A stretch of DNA of 62,048 bases, filler included, from 8 parts of 8 records of this genome joined end to end with filler, not necessarily neighbours in it, one strand, 5' to 3'. Shown: positions 31,233 through 41,113, counted from the whole stretch's first letter. Notes: generated from the sequence alone by a model not told the origin. Translations and numbers: made by a program.

Positions 31233-32000
31233 ATGCCTGAGCGCCCTTACATACTTGCTGAAACGACCTGGAAAACGGTAAAGGATACACCCTATGAAGT
31301 GGTGATTTTACCCTGGGGAGCTGTTGAGGCTCATAATAAGCATTTACCTTATGCAACAGATATTATTGAAACCGATTTTATTGTGGCTGAATCGGCTCGA
31401 ATCGCCTGGGAAAAAGGCTGCAAAGTGGTCGTATTGCCGACCGTACCTTTTGGCGTTAATACAGGACAACAAGATATAAAATGTGATATTAATATGAATC
31501 CAAGCACACAGGCGGCTGTGCTACGTGACATTGTCGATTCTCTACATCGACAAGGGCTAAAAAAACTTGTTATTTTAAACGGACATGGTGGTAATGATTT
31601 CCGGCAGATGATTCGGGAGATCCAATCTCATTACAACGACTTTTTTTTATGCACTGTGTGCTGGTATCATGCTCTTGATAATAATCAGTTTTTTACCGAA
31701 CCGGGTGACCATGCCGGGGAAATGGAGACAAGTCTTATGTTACACCTGGTGCCAGAATTGGTTCTTCCGCTCACAGAAGCCGGTGATGGTGCTGAACGTC
31801 GATTTAGAATACAGGGCCTTGCAGAAGGATTAGCCTGGGCGCAACGTGATTGGAATCAAATAACAAAGGATACGGGTGTTGGGAATCCTGCCAAAGCGAC
31901 AGTTGAAAAAGGAGAAAGATTTTTCCAGGCTGTAACACAAAAAATAGGGGATTTTTTTGTCGAACTGGGTAATTGTGAATTAGATCAACTTTATGAATGA
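31233..32000 (+). CDS. Creatininase/creatinine amidohydrolase family protein
   Basis: Motifs PWGAVEAHNKHLPYATD, NGHGGN, DHAGEMETS, GVGNPAKATVEKG. Confidence 0.93.
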   Translation: MPERPYILAETTWKTVKDTPYEVVILPWGAVEAHNKHLPYATDIIETDFIVAESARIAWEKGCKVVVLPTVPFGVNTGQQDIKCDINMNPSTQAAVLRDIVDSLHRQGLKKLVILNGHGGNDFRQMIREIQSHYNDFFLCTVCWYHALDNNQFFTEPGDHAGEMETSLMLHLVPELVLPLTEAGDGAERRFRIQGLAEGLAWAQRDWNQITKDTGVGNPAKATVEKGERFFQAVTQKIGDFFVELGNCELDQLYE

Positions 32001-32007
32001 AGGAACA

Positions 32008-32042
32008 CTTCAGGTGCCGCAAAAGTAAACAGGCACCTGAAG
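32008..32042. terminator. Hairpin between convergent genes
   Basis: CTTCAGGTGCC...GGCACCTGAAG, an 11-bp perfect stem. Confidence 0.75.
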
Positions 32043-32054
32043 TAAATATACGAC

Positions 32055-32975
32055 TCAGAAAGAATCTGCCTTTTTATAAGCATTAATAACTGCCAATTCG
32101 CCCTCTTTTCCCTTTTTCGAATTGCCGTGTTCCATACCGACAATAAATGAAGGGTCTTTGGCATAAATGTGTTTGAATACGTTTAAATAGTTAATTTCTC
32201 CTGTTCCAGGTTCTTTACGACCTGGATTGTCTCCAACCTGAAAATATCCAATTTCGCTCCAGGATTTGTCCATATTAGGAATAAGGTTGCCTTCAGTGAT
32301 TTGTTGATGATAAATATCGAATAATATTTTACATGAAGGGCTATTGACGCTACGACAAATCATGTACGTTTGTGGTATTTTAGTAAGGAATAAACCGGGA
32401 TGATTTTTCCATGGATTGAGAGGTTCAAGTACCATGACCAGACCGGCTGGTTCACAAATTTCGGCACATCTTTTCAGGTTGTCAATAACCAGAGCTGTTT
32501 GATAGTCCCATTCCATACCAAGGTCATATCGTCCGGGCACAACTGTGCAATATTTGGCATTCACCCGTTTCGCCACTGTCACAGATTCCTGCATGTCTTT
32601 AAGAATTTTGTCACGGGCTTCTTTTTTATCTGTAGCAAAGGTCACATTATTAAAATCGGCAGTCGCCACAAAAACACCCATTTCCATACCCAGACGATCC
32701 ATTTCTGTGCGGATTTTATCCTGTGTCGCAACAGATCGGTTTTTCATGCCATTGTCTTCCATGGCTCTGAAGCCCTGATCCGCCATAAATTTAAGCTGAT
32801 CAATTAAATCTTTTCCTGCATGGTTTTTAAACATACCAAAATGGGGTGCATATTTTAATTTAAATATTTGTTCTGTCGATGTTTGTGCGGCCGCTTTGTC
32901 CGCCTGAAAAACGCCTGTGGCTAATGCAGCAGCACCTGATGCAAGGCCTGTTGCGATGAATTCTCTTCGGTCCAT
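32055..32975 (-). CDS. Hydroxypyruvate isomerase-like TIM-barrel protein with Tat signal
   Basis: MDRREFI twin-arginine signal. Motifs LEPLN, DIYHQQITEGN, QVGDNPGRKEPGTGEINY, MEH. Confidence 0.88.
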   Translation of the reverse strand: MDRREFIATGLASGAAALATGVFQADKAAAQTSTEQIFKLKYAPHFGMFKNHAGKDLIDQLKFMADQGFRAMEDNGMKNRSVATQDKIRTEMDRLGMEMGVFVATADFNNVTFATDKKEARDKILKDMQESVTVAKRVNAKYCTVVPGRYDLGMEWDYQTALVIDNLKRCAEICEPAGLVMVLEPLNPWKNHPGLFLTKIPQTYMICRSVNSPSCKILFDIYHQQITEGNLIPNMDKSWSEIGYFQVGDNPGRKEPGTGEINYLNVFKHIYAKDPSFIVGMEHGNSKKGKEGELAVINAYKKADSF

Positions 32976-33521
32976 TTTTAACTCCTTGTTTAAGATTTCA
33001 AACGCAGCTATGTGAGACAGATTAAAGTGTAAGGCTAATTTAATTATTACAAGATAGTCATTCTAATTTTATTTTTCAGCATTTTTCTTAATTGTTAAAG
33101 AATTTTTAAGATTTTTATTTATTTCACCAGGTATAACGTTTTTTCATTTTGACATGGTTTTAATTGATTGATGTACTTGAAAAAAGGGAGGATGCAAAAG
33201 GATTTGGTAATTTAATTCTTCTATCAATTGTGGATTTAAAAGATAATCGTGATTTTTTATAATTTCTTCTTTTATCATTGGTAGAAATTCAATAATTTTC
33301 AGCATGTGCTTTTAAAGGGACATCTAACCTACATGTCTTGTTTATTGTTGGTTCTCAGTAAAGTCAGAGTGCAACGATTAAAGAGGTGTTGACCTCGCAG
33401 TAAACTGAAATACTGTAAGGGCTGAGAAAGAGAGACTCTTTCATTTCTAAAAAATCAAAAGTATCATAGACATCAACTCTTTTTATATGACAGAAATCCT
33501 GGAAGGAAAAACAAGACAAAT

Positions 33522-34121
33522 ATGTTGTTAAAGAATATGTTTACAAAAAATTTAACGGAATCTCTGGTTAAACCAATAAGCGGAATTGGATCGATCCTGT
33601 TTGAACGCAGTAAAAAAGCAAAACGAGTCAGTATCACAGTGCGACCAGGAAAGGGCGTTCGTGTAGCCGTACCTTTTGGAATATCTTTTAAAAAGGCTGA
33701 AAATTTTGTTATCGACAAAAGAGAATGGATAGGTAAACATTTAAAAAAAATGAAAGAGATTGAAAAGGCCCATCAGGCAGGATTAACCGGGACCAACAAA
33801 ATTAATAGAGAGGAGGCAAGAAGAACACTTGTTTCCAGGTTGGATGTGCTGGCTGATAGACACGGTTTTTCATTTAATCGGGTTTTCATAAGAAATCAAA
33901 AAACCAGATGGGGAAGTTGTTCTTTTAAAAATAATATCAATTTGAATGTAAATTTGTACAAATTGCCTAAAGAGCTTGTTGATTACGTTATCCTTCATGA
34001 ACTTGTACATACGAAAATAAAAAACCATGGTCCTGTTTTTTGGGCTGAATTGGATAAATATGTGGGGGATGCCAGAAAAATAGACAAGCGATTAAAGAAA
34101 TACAGATTGGGATTATTGTAA
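33522..34121 (+). CDS. YgjP/SprT-like (DUF45) zinc metallo-hydrolase
   Basis: Motifs RSKKAKRVSI, NQKTRWGSCS, DYVILHELVH..IKNH...FW. Confidence 0.9.
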   Translation: MLLKNMFTKNLTESLVKPISGIGSILFERSKKAKRVSITVRPGKGVRVAVPFGISFKKAENFVIDKREWIGKHLKKMKEIEKAHQAGLTGTNKINREEARRTLVSRLDVLADRHGFSFNRVFIRNQKTRWGSCSFKNNINLNVNLYKLPKELVDYVILHELVHTKIKNHGPVFWAELDKYVGDARKIDKRLKKYRLGLL

Positions 34122-34229
34122 TTTTTTCGATATTTTGTTATTTTATAAAACAGGATAGAAAAAGGATTTACCGAAAATTCGCGTGAATGTTCAGAGATTC
34201 TTTCATGAGGAGCAAAGGAGAGGGCACCC

Positions 34230-34622
34230 ATGGCAAATAGAACCATTGTTGTATCCGGAACAAAGTGGGAGGATATTGTTGGATATGCACGTGCCGTGAG
34301 AGTCGGAGATGTCGTGGAGGTAAGCGGCACAACAGCGATCGATGAACAGGGTGATGTAATAGGGATAAAAGATCCTTATAAACAAACCAGTTTTATTCTT
34401 GCGAAAATAGAAAAGGCATTAATTGAAGCTGGGGCAACGATGAACGATGTTATCAGAAGCAGAATATATGTGACAGATATTGGACAATGGGAGGAAATCG
34501 GTAAAGCTCATAAAAAAGTTTTTAGGAACATCAGGCCTGCTACATCAATGGTTGAGGTGAAATCTTTAATAAATGCAGAATTGTTGGTTGAGATCGAAGT
34601 TTCAGCTATCATTAACAAATGA
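34230..34622 (+). CDS. RidA/Rid family protein
   Basis: WEDIVGYARAVRVG..VEVSGTT, RPATSMVEV, LVEIE. Confidence 0.93.
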   Translation: MANRTIVVSGTKWEDIVGYARAVRVGDVVEVSGTTAIDEQGDVIGIKDPYKQTSFILAKIEKALIEAGATMNDVIRSRIYVTDIGQWEEIGKAHKKVFRNIRPATSMVEVKSLINAELLVEIEVSAIINK

Positions 34623-34693
34623 TCGGGTTCCACGATATTTAAATCACGTTAATGTTTGTTTTCATGTCTCATTCAAATTCAAAGGAAACCAAC

Positions 34694-35485
34694 ATGAAAC
34701 TGACTGTCTGGAATATTTATTTATTAAGGATATTTGTAGTCGCTCTGTTCACAAACAGTTTGGGCTATGCTCAAATAAATACTGAAAGTTTGCGAAAGGT
34801 TAATCTGGCCAATGGATTTTATAATAGTGTTCAGTTTGATTTCAGTTCTGTGTCCGGAAATACCGAGTTTGTAAAATTGAAAGGTCAGCTTCGCACAGAC
34901 TATTTTTCAGGTTTATATTATTCCTTTGGTGTTATACAATACCAGCGTGGAATCCAAAATAACAAGGTTTTTACCAACAAGGGATTTATTCATTTAAGAA
35001 GTATTCGAAGAATAGCTGGAATTTTTAATGGAGAGGTATTTGTACAAAAAGAGTTTAATGATTTTATATCATTAAAGGACAGGAATTTAATTGGTGGAGG
35101 CACTCGTTTTGCCATAATTGTACCTGATTCTATATTAAAAAAGCATGAATCAATCCGAATTGATATGGGTCTGGGAGCGATGTGGGAAAATGAAAAAATC
35201 GATAATGATACAACACACGAAACCCGAATCATTCGCTCGACAAACTATTTATCCGTATTGTGGAAGTTGACGAAACGAATTGATTTTAATACAGTTGGTT
35301 ATTACCAGGTAGATACAGGGCATATAAAAGATTATCGAATTTTGGTTCAAAGTGCGCTGGAAATTTTCATTATCAAATCACTGTCCTTTAAAATGACTCT
35401 AAATTATCGATACGATAATGAACCACCACATGATATAAAAAAATATGATCTTGAGATAAATAATGGTATCCGTTTTTCATTTTAA
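34694..35485 (+). CDS. DUF481-like outer-membrane beta-barrel
   Basis: Signal peptide then AQINTE, SGNT, alternating strand pattern, YRYDNEPP and a C-terminal Phe. Start placed after AAAGGA. Confidence 0.75.
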   Translation: MKLTVWNIYLLRIFVVALFTNSLGYAQINTESLRKVNLANGFYNSVQFDFSSVSGNTEFVKLKGQLRTDYFSGLYYSFGVIQYQRGIQNNKVFTNKGFIHLRSIRRIAGIFNGEVFVQKEFNDFISLKDRNLIGGGTRFAIIVPDSILKKHESIRIDMGLGAMWENEKIDNDTTHETRIIRSTNYLSVLWKLTKRIDFNTVGYYQVDTGHIKDYRILVQSALEIFIIKSLSFKMTLNYRYDNEPPHDIKKYDLEINNGIRFSF

Positions 35486-35597
35486 TTGACCGGCATAGCA
35501 GAGGCTTTGTTAAATTTTACCGGATCAATATGGGTATACTAAATCTTATTGACTTGAATATGGCAATTCAGGATAAAAAGGTAGACAAAGGAACTCA

Positions 35598-36148
35598 ATG
35601 CCCAATACTCTTGCTCACATCGGTGCACAGGGATTAACGACCCGAAAAATAATCAAAGATGCTGACCTTAAATGGATTTATGTTGGCTGTTTTCTGCCAG
35701 ATGTTGCGTGGATTCTCAATCGCACAGTAAATTATTTTGCTCCTAATGTGAATCCCTTTGACCTGCGTATATATTCCATGGTGCAGTCTACATTGTTTTT
35801 TAGCCTTATTTTAAGTGTAGCTTTGGCCATGTTGTCCAAACATTTCCTAAAGACATTTTTGATCCTTGGTTTAAATTCGTTATTACATTTACTGCTTGAT
35901 GCATGCCAGATTAAATGGGGAAATGGTGTACATCTTTTGGCTCCATTTAACTGGCAGTTGACGAATTTTGGTTTATTTTGGCCTGAAAGTATCCCCACTT
36001 ATGTGCTAACCGTTTTGGGCTTATTGTATATGATAAAAAACTGGCGAAAATGTGTTTTATCGCCGTTGGATTTGTCGCTGAATCCGTACCGGATTTTCTC
36101 TTTTCTCATATTAATATGTTCTTTTTTTACATTGCCATTTCTTTTTTT
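35598..36148 (+). CDS. Hypothetical membrane protein (possible YdjM-like metal-dependent hydrolase), 3'-truncated
   Basis: MPNTLAH, LPD and HLLLD motifs with several TM segments. Confidence 0.6.
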
Positions 36149-36250
36149 NNNNNNNNNNNNNNNNNNNNNNNNNNNNNNNNNNNNNNNNNNNNTTAATTAA
36201 TTAANNNNNNNNNNNNNNNNNNNNNNNNNNNNNNNNNNNNNNNNNNNNTT

Positions 36251-36445
36251 TTGGTTTCGCTGGCAATGATTCGTGATGATGAATTTGGTAGACCAATAAT
36301 AATATTTGGAATTATATCTGGCGTCACTATGCTATTACCATCTACAGTGGGTATAGTTGGATTTGTAATGTCACTATTGTCCTTAATACCTTGGATTATG
36401 TTCTCTATACTTGTATCAAATAAATTATTTAAAATAGAGGAATAA
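36251..36445 (+). CDS. C-terminal fragment of a membrane protein
   Basis: Hydrophobic open frame from the contig start to the TAA at 36445. Confidence 0.55.
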   Translation: MVSLAMIRDDEFGRPIIIFGIISGVTMLLPSTVGIVGFVMSLLSLIPWIMFSILVSNKLFKIEE

Positions 36446-36580
36446 TTTCTATATGAATTTAAAAATATTTGTCTAAGATAGTAATCTGCATTATGGCATA
36501 TCATTTAATAAATTTTTAAAAGAGATTAAATATGCTTACCTACACTTAATAAATCTAAGCGAGTTTTCGCATTTTATGCA

Positions 36581-37771
36581 TCAATCTCTCAAACGCGAAA
36601 ACTCCATTAGAAACAATATTGCACCTAAACATATTGTTGCCGCGACAGCAATAATTCTAAAGGATAATCCTAAACCGTACATATCCCCAATCCTGCCTGC
36701 AATAGGAAAAAGGATAATCATATATGCAGAGAACATCATGCTCTGTAGAGATAATATTGTAGCCCTTTGTCTGCTTGGTATCAGCTTATTTATATAATCG
36801 CTGACTGATACAAACAGCATGCCCTCAACAACGGACAAAATGACAAAAGCGTATCTTTCTACCCCCTGAATACTCATTCCCCAAAAGCCGATTATGCCCA
36901 ATACTGCGGCTATTTTTATTATGCCCGTAATAGATATTCTCTTTTCCAACTTATGGGTCTGGGTCGCCATAACAGCGCAAGCTAACGAACCTACAGCTAA
37001 TACTATTCCTATTTCAAAGGTTGTTTTACCTAAATTCTTTAGCCTGTTCTGTAGATAGAAAAATTCGGTTGTATATAGTGCGGCAAATAGTTCTGCAACC
37101 AAAATTGTTCCCAATACTCTTTTATCACTTTTAACTATTTTAATACTGTCCTTAAGCTGTTCTTTAAAGGTACTGATAAAATTGCGGGATTTCTCAATCG
37201 TGCCGATTGTAGGCTCTGTAAAACTTAATGACTGAGCAAAGGTGATGACCGACAAAACAAGCACAATTTTATATACCGTCTCAAAATTAAGCGCTGCAAT
37301 ATATCCTGCGATAATCAGGGATATTATGCTTGCCACATTATATAAAAACTCGCTTCTGCCTGCGATTTGCATATAGCTTTCTTCTTTTCCCACTTCTTTA
37401 AGGCTGTCATACACCAATGCATCCCCTGCACCCGATTCCAGATTGTTGCTTAAAGCAGTAAAGAAAAAGGCGACTGCAAAAGCTATCACACTGTTTCCAA
37501 ATATCATAAACAGTGCTGCAATAACCAATGCTGCCCTGCCCAAAGAACGGCTTGTTTTTCTGCCGAAAATGTCGGCTATCGCTCCGGTCGGTATCTCCAT
37601 AGAAAATGAAGATATATGATACACCGTTTCCATCAGCCCTATTTCAAACAGATTAAGCCCTTTATATGCTAAATACAGCATCCAAACGCCTCTGGTTAAA
37701 TCAAGACTGTTTAAAAAGTGAAACACATAGTTTTTATTTATATTACGTTGTAATTTGTTTTTAATTTCCAT
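36581..37771 (-). CDS. MFS transporter (putative efflux)
   Basis: Motif A EIPTGAIADIFGRKTS, SGAGDALVYDSLK, IPSRQRATILS. About 12 TM segments. Confidence 0.92.
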   Translation of the reverse strand: MEIKNKLQRNINKNYVFHFLNSLDLTRGVWMLYLAYKGLNLFEIGLMETVYHISSFSMEIPTGAIADIFGRKTSRSLGRAALVIAALFMIFGNSVIAFAVAFFFTALSNNLESGAGDALVYDSLKEVGKEESYMQIAGRSEFLYNVASIISLIIAGYIAALNFETVYKIVLVLSVITFAQSLSFTEPTIGTIEKSRNFISTFKEQLKDSIKIVKSDKRVLGTILVAELFAALYTTEFFYLQNRLKNLGKTTFEIGIVLAVGSLACAVMATQTHKLEKRISITGIIKIAAVLGIIGFWGMSIQGVERYAFVILSVVEGMLFVSVSDYINKLIPSRQRATILSLQSMMFSAYMIILFPIAGRIGDMYGLGLSFRIIAVAATICLGAILFLMEFSRLRD

Positions 37772-37806
37772 AATTTTAGCTCCTAAAATTTATAATTTTA
37801 CGCATC

Positions 37807-37842
37807 AAAAAAGCGACCTTTCTTATGTAGGAAAAGCCGCTC
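37807..37842 (-). terminator. Leader (attenuator) terminator upstream of the MFS gene
   Basis: mRNA AGCGGCUUUUC-CUACAUAA-GAAAGGUCGCU-UUUUU, located between the promoter and the MFS start. Confidence 0.85.
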
Positions 37843-37875
37843 TATTATAGTTATTTTAGCGTAATTTCAGTGGAT

Positions 37876-37986
37876 TTAACTACAAATAGACAGACCCCTC
37901 CCTTGGCAGCTAAAATCATGTGAAATCCCGGACAATGAAGCCGGAAGCTGGGATAATATTAAGTTTTCATTTATTTGATGTTTCAC
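37876..37986 (-). CDS. Putative leader peptide MKHQINENLILSQLPASLSGISHDFSCQGRGLSICS (36 aa, GTG start)
   Basis: AGGGAG RBS 8 nt upstream of the GTG, just downstream of a consensus promoter. The stop codon lies in the predicted antiterminator stem. Below the ORF-track size cutoff. Confidence 0.65.
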   Translation of the reverse strand: MKHQINENLILSQLPASLSGISHDFSCQGRGLSICS

Positions 37987-38015
37987 CTTATTATCTCCCT
38001 TTTTTATACTATGTG

Positions 38016-38044
38016 AGTTTATCATAGATATTTACATAGGTCAA
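38016..38044 (-). promoter_or_regulatory. sigmaA promoter for the leader-MFS transcript
   Basis: TTGACC-17-TAAACT with extended TG. Confidence 0.75.
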
Positions 38045-38060
38045 TGGCGAATATAGGGTT

Positions 38061-38086
38061 AGAGACTGCTTTTTCGAGCAGTCTCT
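38061..38086 (-). terminator. Hairpin downstream of adhE
   Basis: AGAGACTGCT-6-AGCAGTCTCT, a perfect 10-bp stem. Confidence 0.65.
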
Positions 38087-38196
38087 TAGGGGTTCTATAT
38101 CATTTATTAGCTGTAAACCTTTGCTAGAGCACACATTGCCTTCGCTATCCTTAAATAGTGGCTTTCTCAATGTATCATTGAAAATCTTCTTGCTGA

Positions 38197-40812
38197 TTAT
38201 TTGTTTTCATCTACCTTTGGCAGATGTTCCCCTTCATATGCATTTATATACATCTGCTTTATTTCGCTCATTAAAGGATAGCGGGGATTTGCACCTGTAC
38301 ATTGGTCATCAAAAGCCTGCTCTGAAAGAAAATCTAAATTGTCATAGAAGGCCTTTCTAGGCACGCCTGCTTCTTCAATGTTTGCAGGGATATTTATAGC
38401 TTTTTTCAGCTTGTCAATTTCCTTTATAAGCAGCCCAACCTTTTCATCGTCAGTTTTACCGCCTAGGTGAAGATGCTCCGCTATTTTTGCATATCTGCGC
38501 TTGGTATCCGGGTATTTATATTGTGGAAAGGCAGCCTGTTTACGGGGGTTATCCACGGCGTTATAACGAATTACTTCATTTATCAGCAATGCATTTGCTA
38601 CACCATGAGTAACATGGTATACAGAGCCTAATTTATGCGCCATAGAATGGCATACGCCGAGAAATGCATTGGCAAACGCCATGCCTGCTACTGTTGACGC
38701 ATGAGCCATCTTCTCCCTTGCCTTTACGTTGGTTTTGCCATTGTTATACGCATCGGGCAGATACTTGAAAATCAGCCTTATAGCCTCCAATGCCTGACCG
38801 TTGGTAAACTCCGATGCCAAAATTGAAACATAGCTTTCTATTGCGTGGGTCAGTGCATCGATACCTGATGCAGATGTCAAGCCCTTTGGCATATCCATCA
38901 TCAATGCTGCGTCCACAATTGCCATATTAGGAGTTAATTCATAGTCTGCAAGCGGATATTTTACGCCGGTTTTTTCGTCCGTAATTACAGCAAACGGAGT
39001 AACCTCTGAGCCTGTTCCTGCTGTTGTTGCAATAGCAATCATAGAAGCTTTTGTACCGAGTTTAGGGTATTTGAATACACGTTTTCTTATGTCCATAAAT
39101 CTCATTGCCAAATCTGCAAAGTCGATATCAGGATGCTCATACATCGTCCACATGATTTTTGCCGCATCCATTGGCGAACCGCCGCCTAATGCTATTATGG
39201 TGTCCGGCTGGTAGCTAAGCATCTCGTATGCACCTTTTCTGGCAACTAATAATGTAGGGTCTGGCTCGACGTCAGTAAAAACCTTGTATTCCATGTCTAT
39301 TTCATCCAGAATATCTGAAATTCTGTCTACAAAACCTAAGTCATATAATATTTTATCAGTTACGATAAAGGCGCGTTTTTTGCCCATATCCTTAAGCTCT
39401 TTTAGTGCAACCGGCAGGCAGCCGTATTTAAAATAGATTTTTTCAGGAACTCTGTACCAAAGCATGTTCTCCCGCCTTTCCGCAACCGTTTTTATATTTA
39501 TCAAGTGCTTTACTCCTACGTTTTCAGAAACCGAGTTCCCTCCCCATGAGCCGCATCCAAGTGTTAGTGATGGTGCCAATTTAAAGTTGTATAAGTCACC
39601 GATTGCCCCTTGAGAAGACGGCATATTAATAATTGTTCGTCCTGTTTTCATAGCGGAAGAGAATTTTGCTATTTTATCTTGTGACTGCATTTGATCAGCA
39701 TACAATACAGATGTGTGCCCTAAGCCACCTAGTTCAACCAATCTTGCAGCTTTTCTTACAGCATCATCGAATGTCTTTGCCTTATACATTGCCAGAATGG
39801 GAGACAATTTCTCGTGGCTGAATGGCTCATCAAGCTCAACTGATGTTACTTCGCCTATTAATATTTTGGTATCATCAGGTACTTTGATTTTTGCAAGTTC
39901 AGCTATTTTCAGCGCACTCTGTCCTACAATTCCTGCATTGATGCGACCGTCCTTTAGAATGATTTCCCGCGCCTTTTGAGTCTGCTCTTTATTTAAAATA
40001 TATCCGCCTCGTGCTGCAAATTCTTTTTTTACTTTGTTATATACTTTATCCAGCACAATAACAGACTGCTCCGATGCACAGATTACCCCGTTGTCAAAGC
40101 TTTTTGAAATAAGGATAGACGATACTGCCATTTTAATATGAGCAGTTTCATCAATGATTGCAGGAGTGTTACCCGCCCCTACACCTATTGCAGGTCTGCC
40201 TGATGAATAGGCAGCCTTTACCATGCCCGGTCCGCCTGTCGCTAAAATAAGGTCGGCGTTTTGCATTACTGCATTGCTTAGCTCCAATGAAGGTTCGTCA
40301 ATCCATGCAAAGATGTCCTTTGGCGCTCCAGCCTCCGCAGCAGCATCCAATACAATCTGCACTGCTTTAATAGTACACTTTTTTGCTCTGGGGTGTGGTG
40401 AAAATATCATCGCGTTCCTGGTTTTTAATGCGATAAGCGCCTTAAAAATCGCCGTGGATGTGGGATTTGTAGTGGGGATAACTGCCGCCACAACGCCAAT
40501 CGGGTCGGCTACCTTTGTAATGCCGAATGCATTATCCTTCTCGATAACGCCGCATGTCTTGTCGTCCTTGTACTGGTTGTAGATGTATTCGGATGCAAAG
40601 TGATTCTTTATTACCTTGTCTTCCACAATGCCCATACCAGTCTCTTCAACTGCCATTTTAGCAAGCTCTATCCGCGCATTGTTTGCCGCCATTGCGGCAG
40701 CTCTGAATATTTTATCCACCTGTTCCTGTGTGAAAGTTGAGTATTCTTTTTGTGCTTTTCTGACGATTGTAAGCCTTCTTAAAAGGTCATCAACTGTTTT
40801 GATTTTATCCAT
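38197..40812 (-). CDS. adhE: Bifunctional acetaldehyde-CoA/alcohol dehydrogenase
   Basis: ALDH domain (PTTNPTST, ATGGPG, GVICASEQ, EKLSP), linker LGCGSWGGNS, Fe-ADH domain (GGGSPMDAAK, GTGSEVT, DALTHAIE, GVCHSMAHKLG). Confidence 0.98.
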   Translation of the reverse strand: MDKIKTVDDLLRRLTIVRKAQKEYSTFTQEQVDKIFRAAAMAANNARIELAKMAVEETGMGIVEDKVIKNHFASEYIYNQYKDDKTCGVIEKDNAFGITKVADPIGVVAAVIPTTNPTSTAIFKALIALKTRNAMIFSPHPRAKKCTIKAVQIVLDAAAEAGAPKDIFAWIDEPSLELSNAVMQNADLILATGGPGMVKAAYSSGRPAIGVGAGNTPAIIDETAHIKMAVSSILISKSFDNGVICASEQSVIVLDKVYNKVKKEFAARGGYILNKEQTQKAREIILKDGRINAGIVGQSALKIAELAKIKVPDDTKILIGEVTSVELDEPFSHEKLSPILAMYKAKTFDDAVRKAARLVELGGLGHTSVLYADQMQSQDKIAKFSSAMKTGRTIINMPSSQGAIGDLYNFKLAPSLTLGCGSWGGNSVSENVGVKHLINIKTVAERRENMLWYRVPEKIYFKYGCLPVALKELKDMGKKRAFIVTDKILYDLGFVDRISDILDEIDMEYKVFTDVEPDPTLLVARKGAYEMLSYQPDTIIALGGGSPMDAAKIMWTMYEHPDIDFADLAMRFMDIRKRVFKYPKLGTKASMIAIATTAGTGSEVTPFAVITDEKTGVKYPLADYELTPNMAIVDAALMMDMPKGLTSASGIDALTHAIESYVSILASEFTNGQALEAIRLIFKYLPDAYNNGKTNVKAREKMAHASTVAGMAFANAFLGVCHSMAHKLGSVYHVTHGVANALLINEVIRYNAVDNPRKQAAFPQYKYPDTKRRYAKIAEHLHLGGKTDDEKVGLLIKEIDKLKKAINIPANIEEAGVPRKAFYDNLDFLSEQAFDDQCTGANPRYPLMSEIKQMYINAYEGEHLPKVDENK

Positions 40813-40937
40813 AACATTTAGGCTCCTTTATATAAAAAATTTTTTAAACTAAATTATAAGCTTAAGTTGCTAATCAGTAGTTATTGTTTGTAGCAAACAT
40901 TTTGCTATACTTCTATTGATGCAATAATTCGAAAAGT

Positions 40938-40988
40938 TTGTGATATTTTTCACAATTCGATTGTAGCATACATATTTATGCAAGTCAA
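40938..40988 (-). promoter_or_regulatory. adhE promoter with Rex operator
   Basis: TTGACT-17-TACAAT (40988-40960). Palindrome TTGTGA-N6-TCACAA (40938-40955) matches the Rex consensus and covers the predicted start site. Confidence 0.85.
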
Positions 40989-41113
40989 TATATTTTTATC
41001 GATAACTATTTCTCTATTTTGTCGATTTTTAAAAGTATATTTACGACAATCATAATTATATTAACAGTGGCAAAAATAAGCAGTGAAAATACAAATAATT
41101 TATGCTCTTTCTC

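Noticed and set aside
33419-33430. GGGCTGAGA as part of a TPP riboswitch
   Set aside because: The downstream conserved CCTGA...TAAT...GCGTAGGGA elements are absent and no thiamine gene follows.
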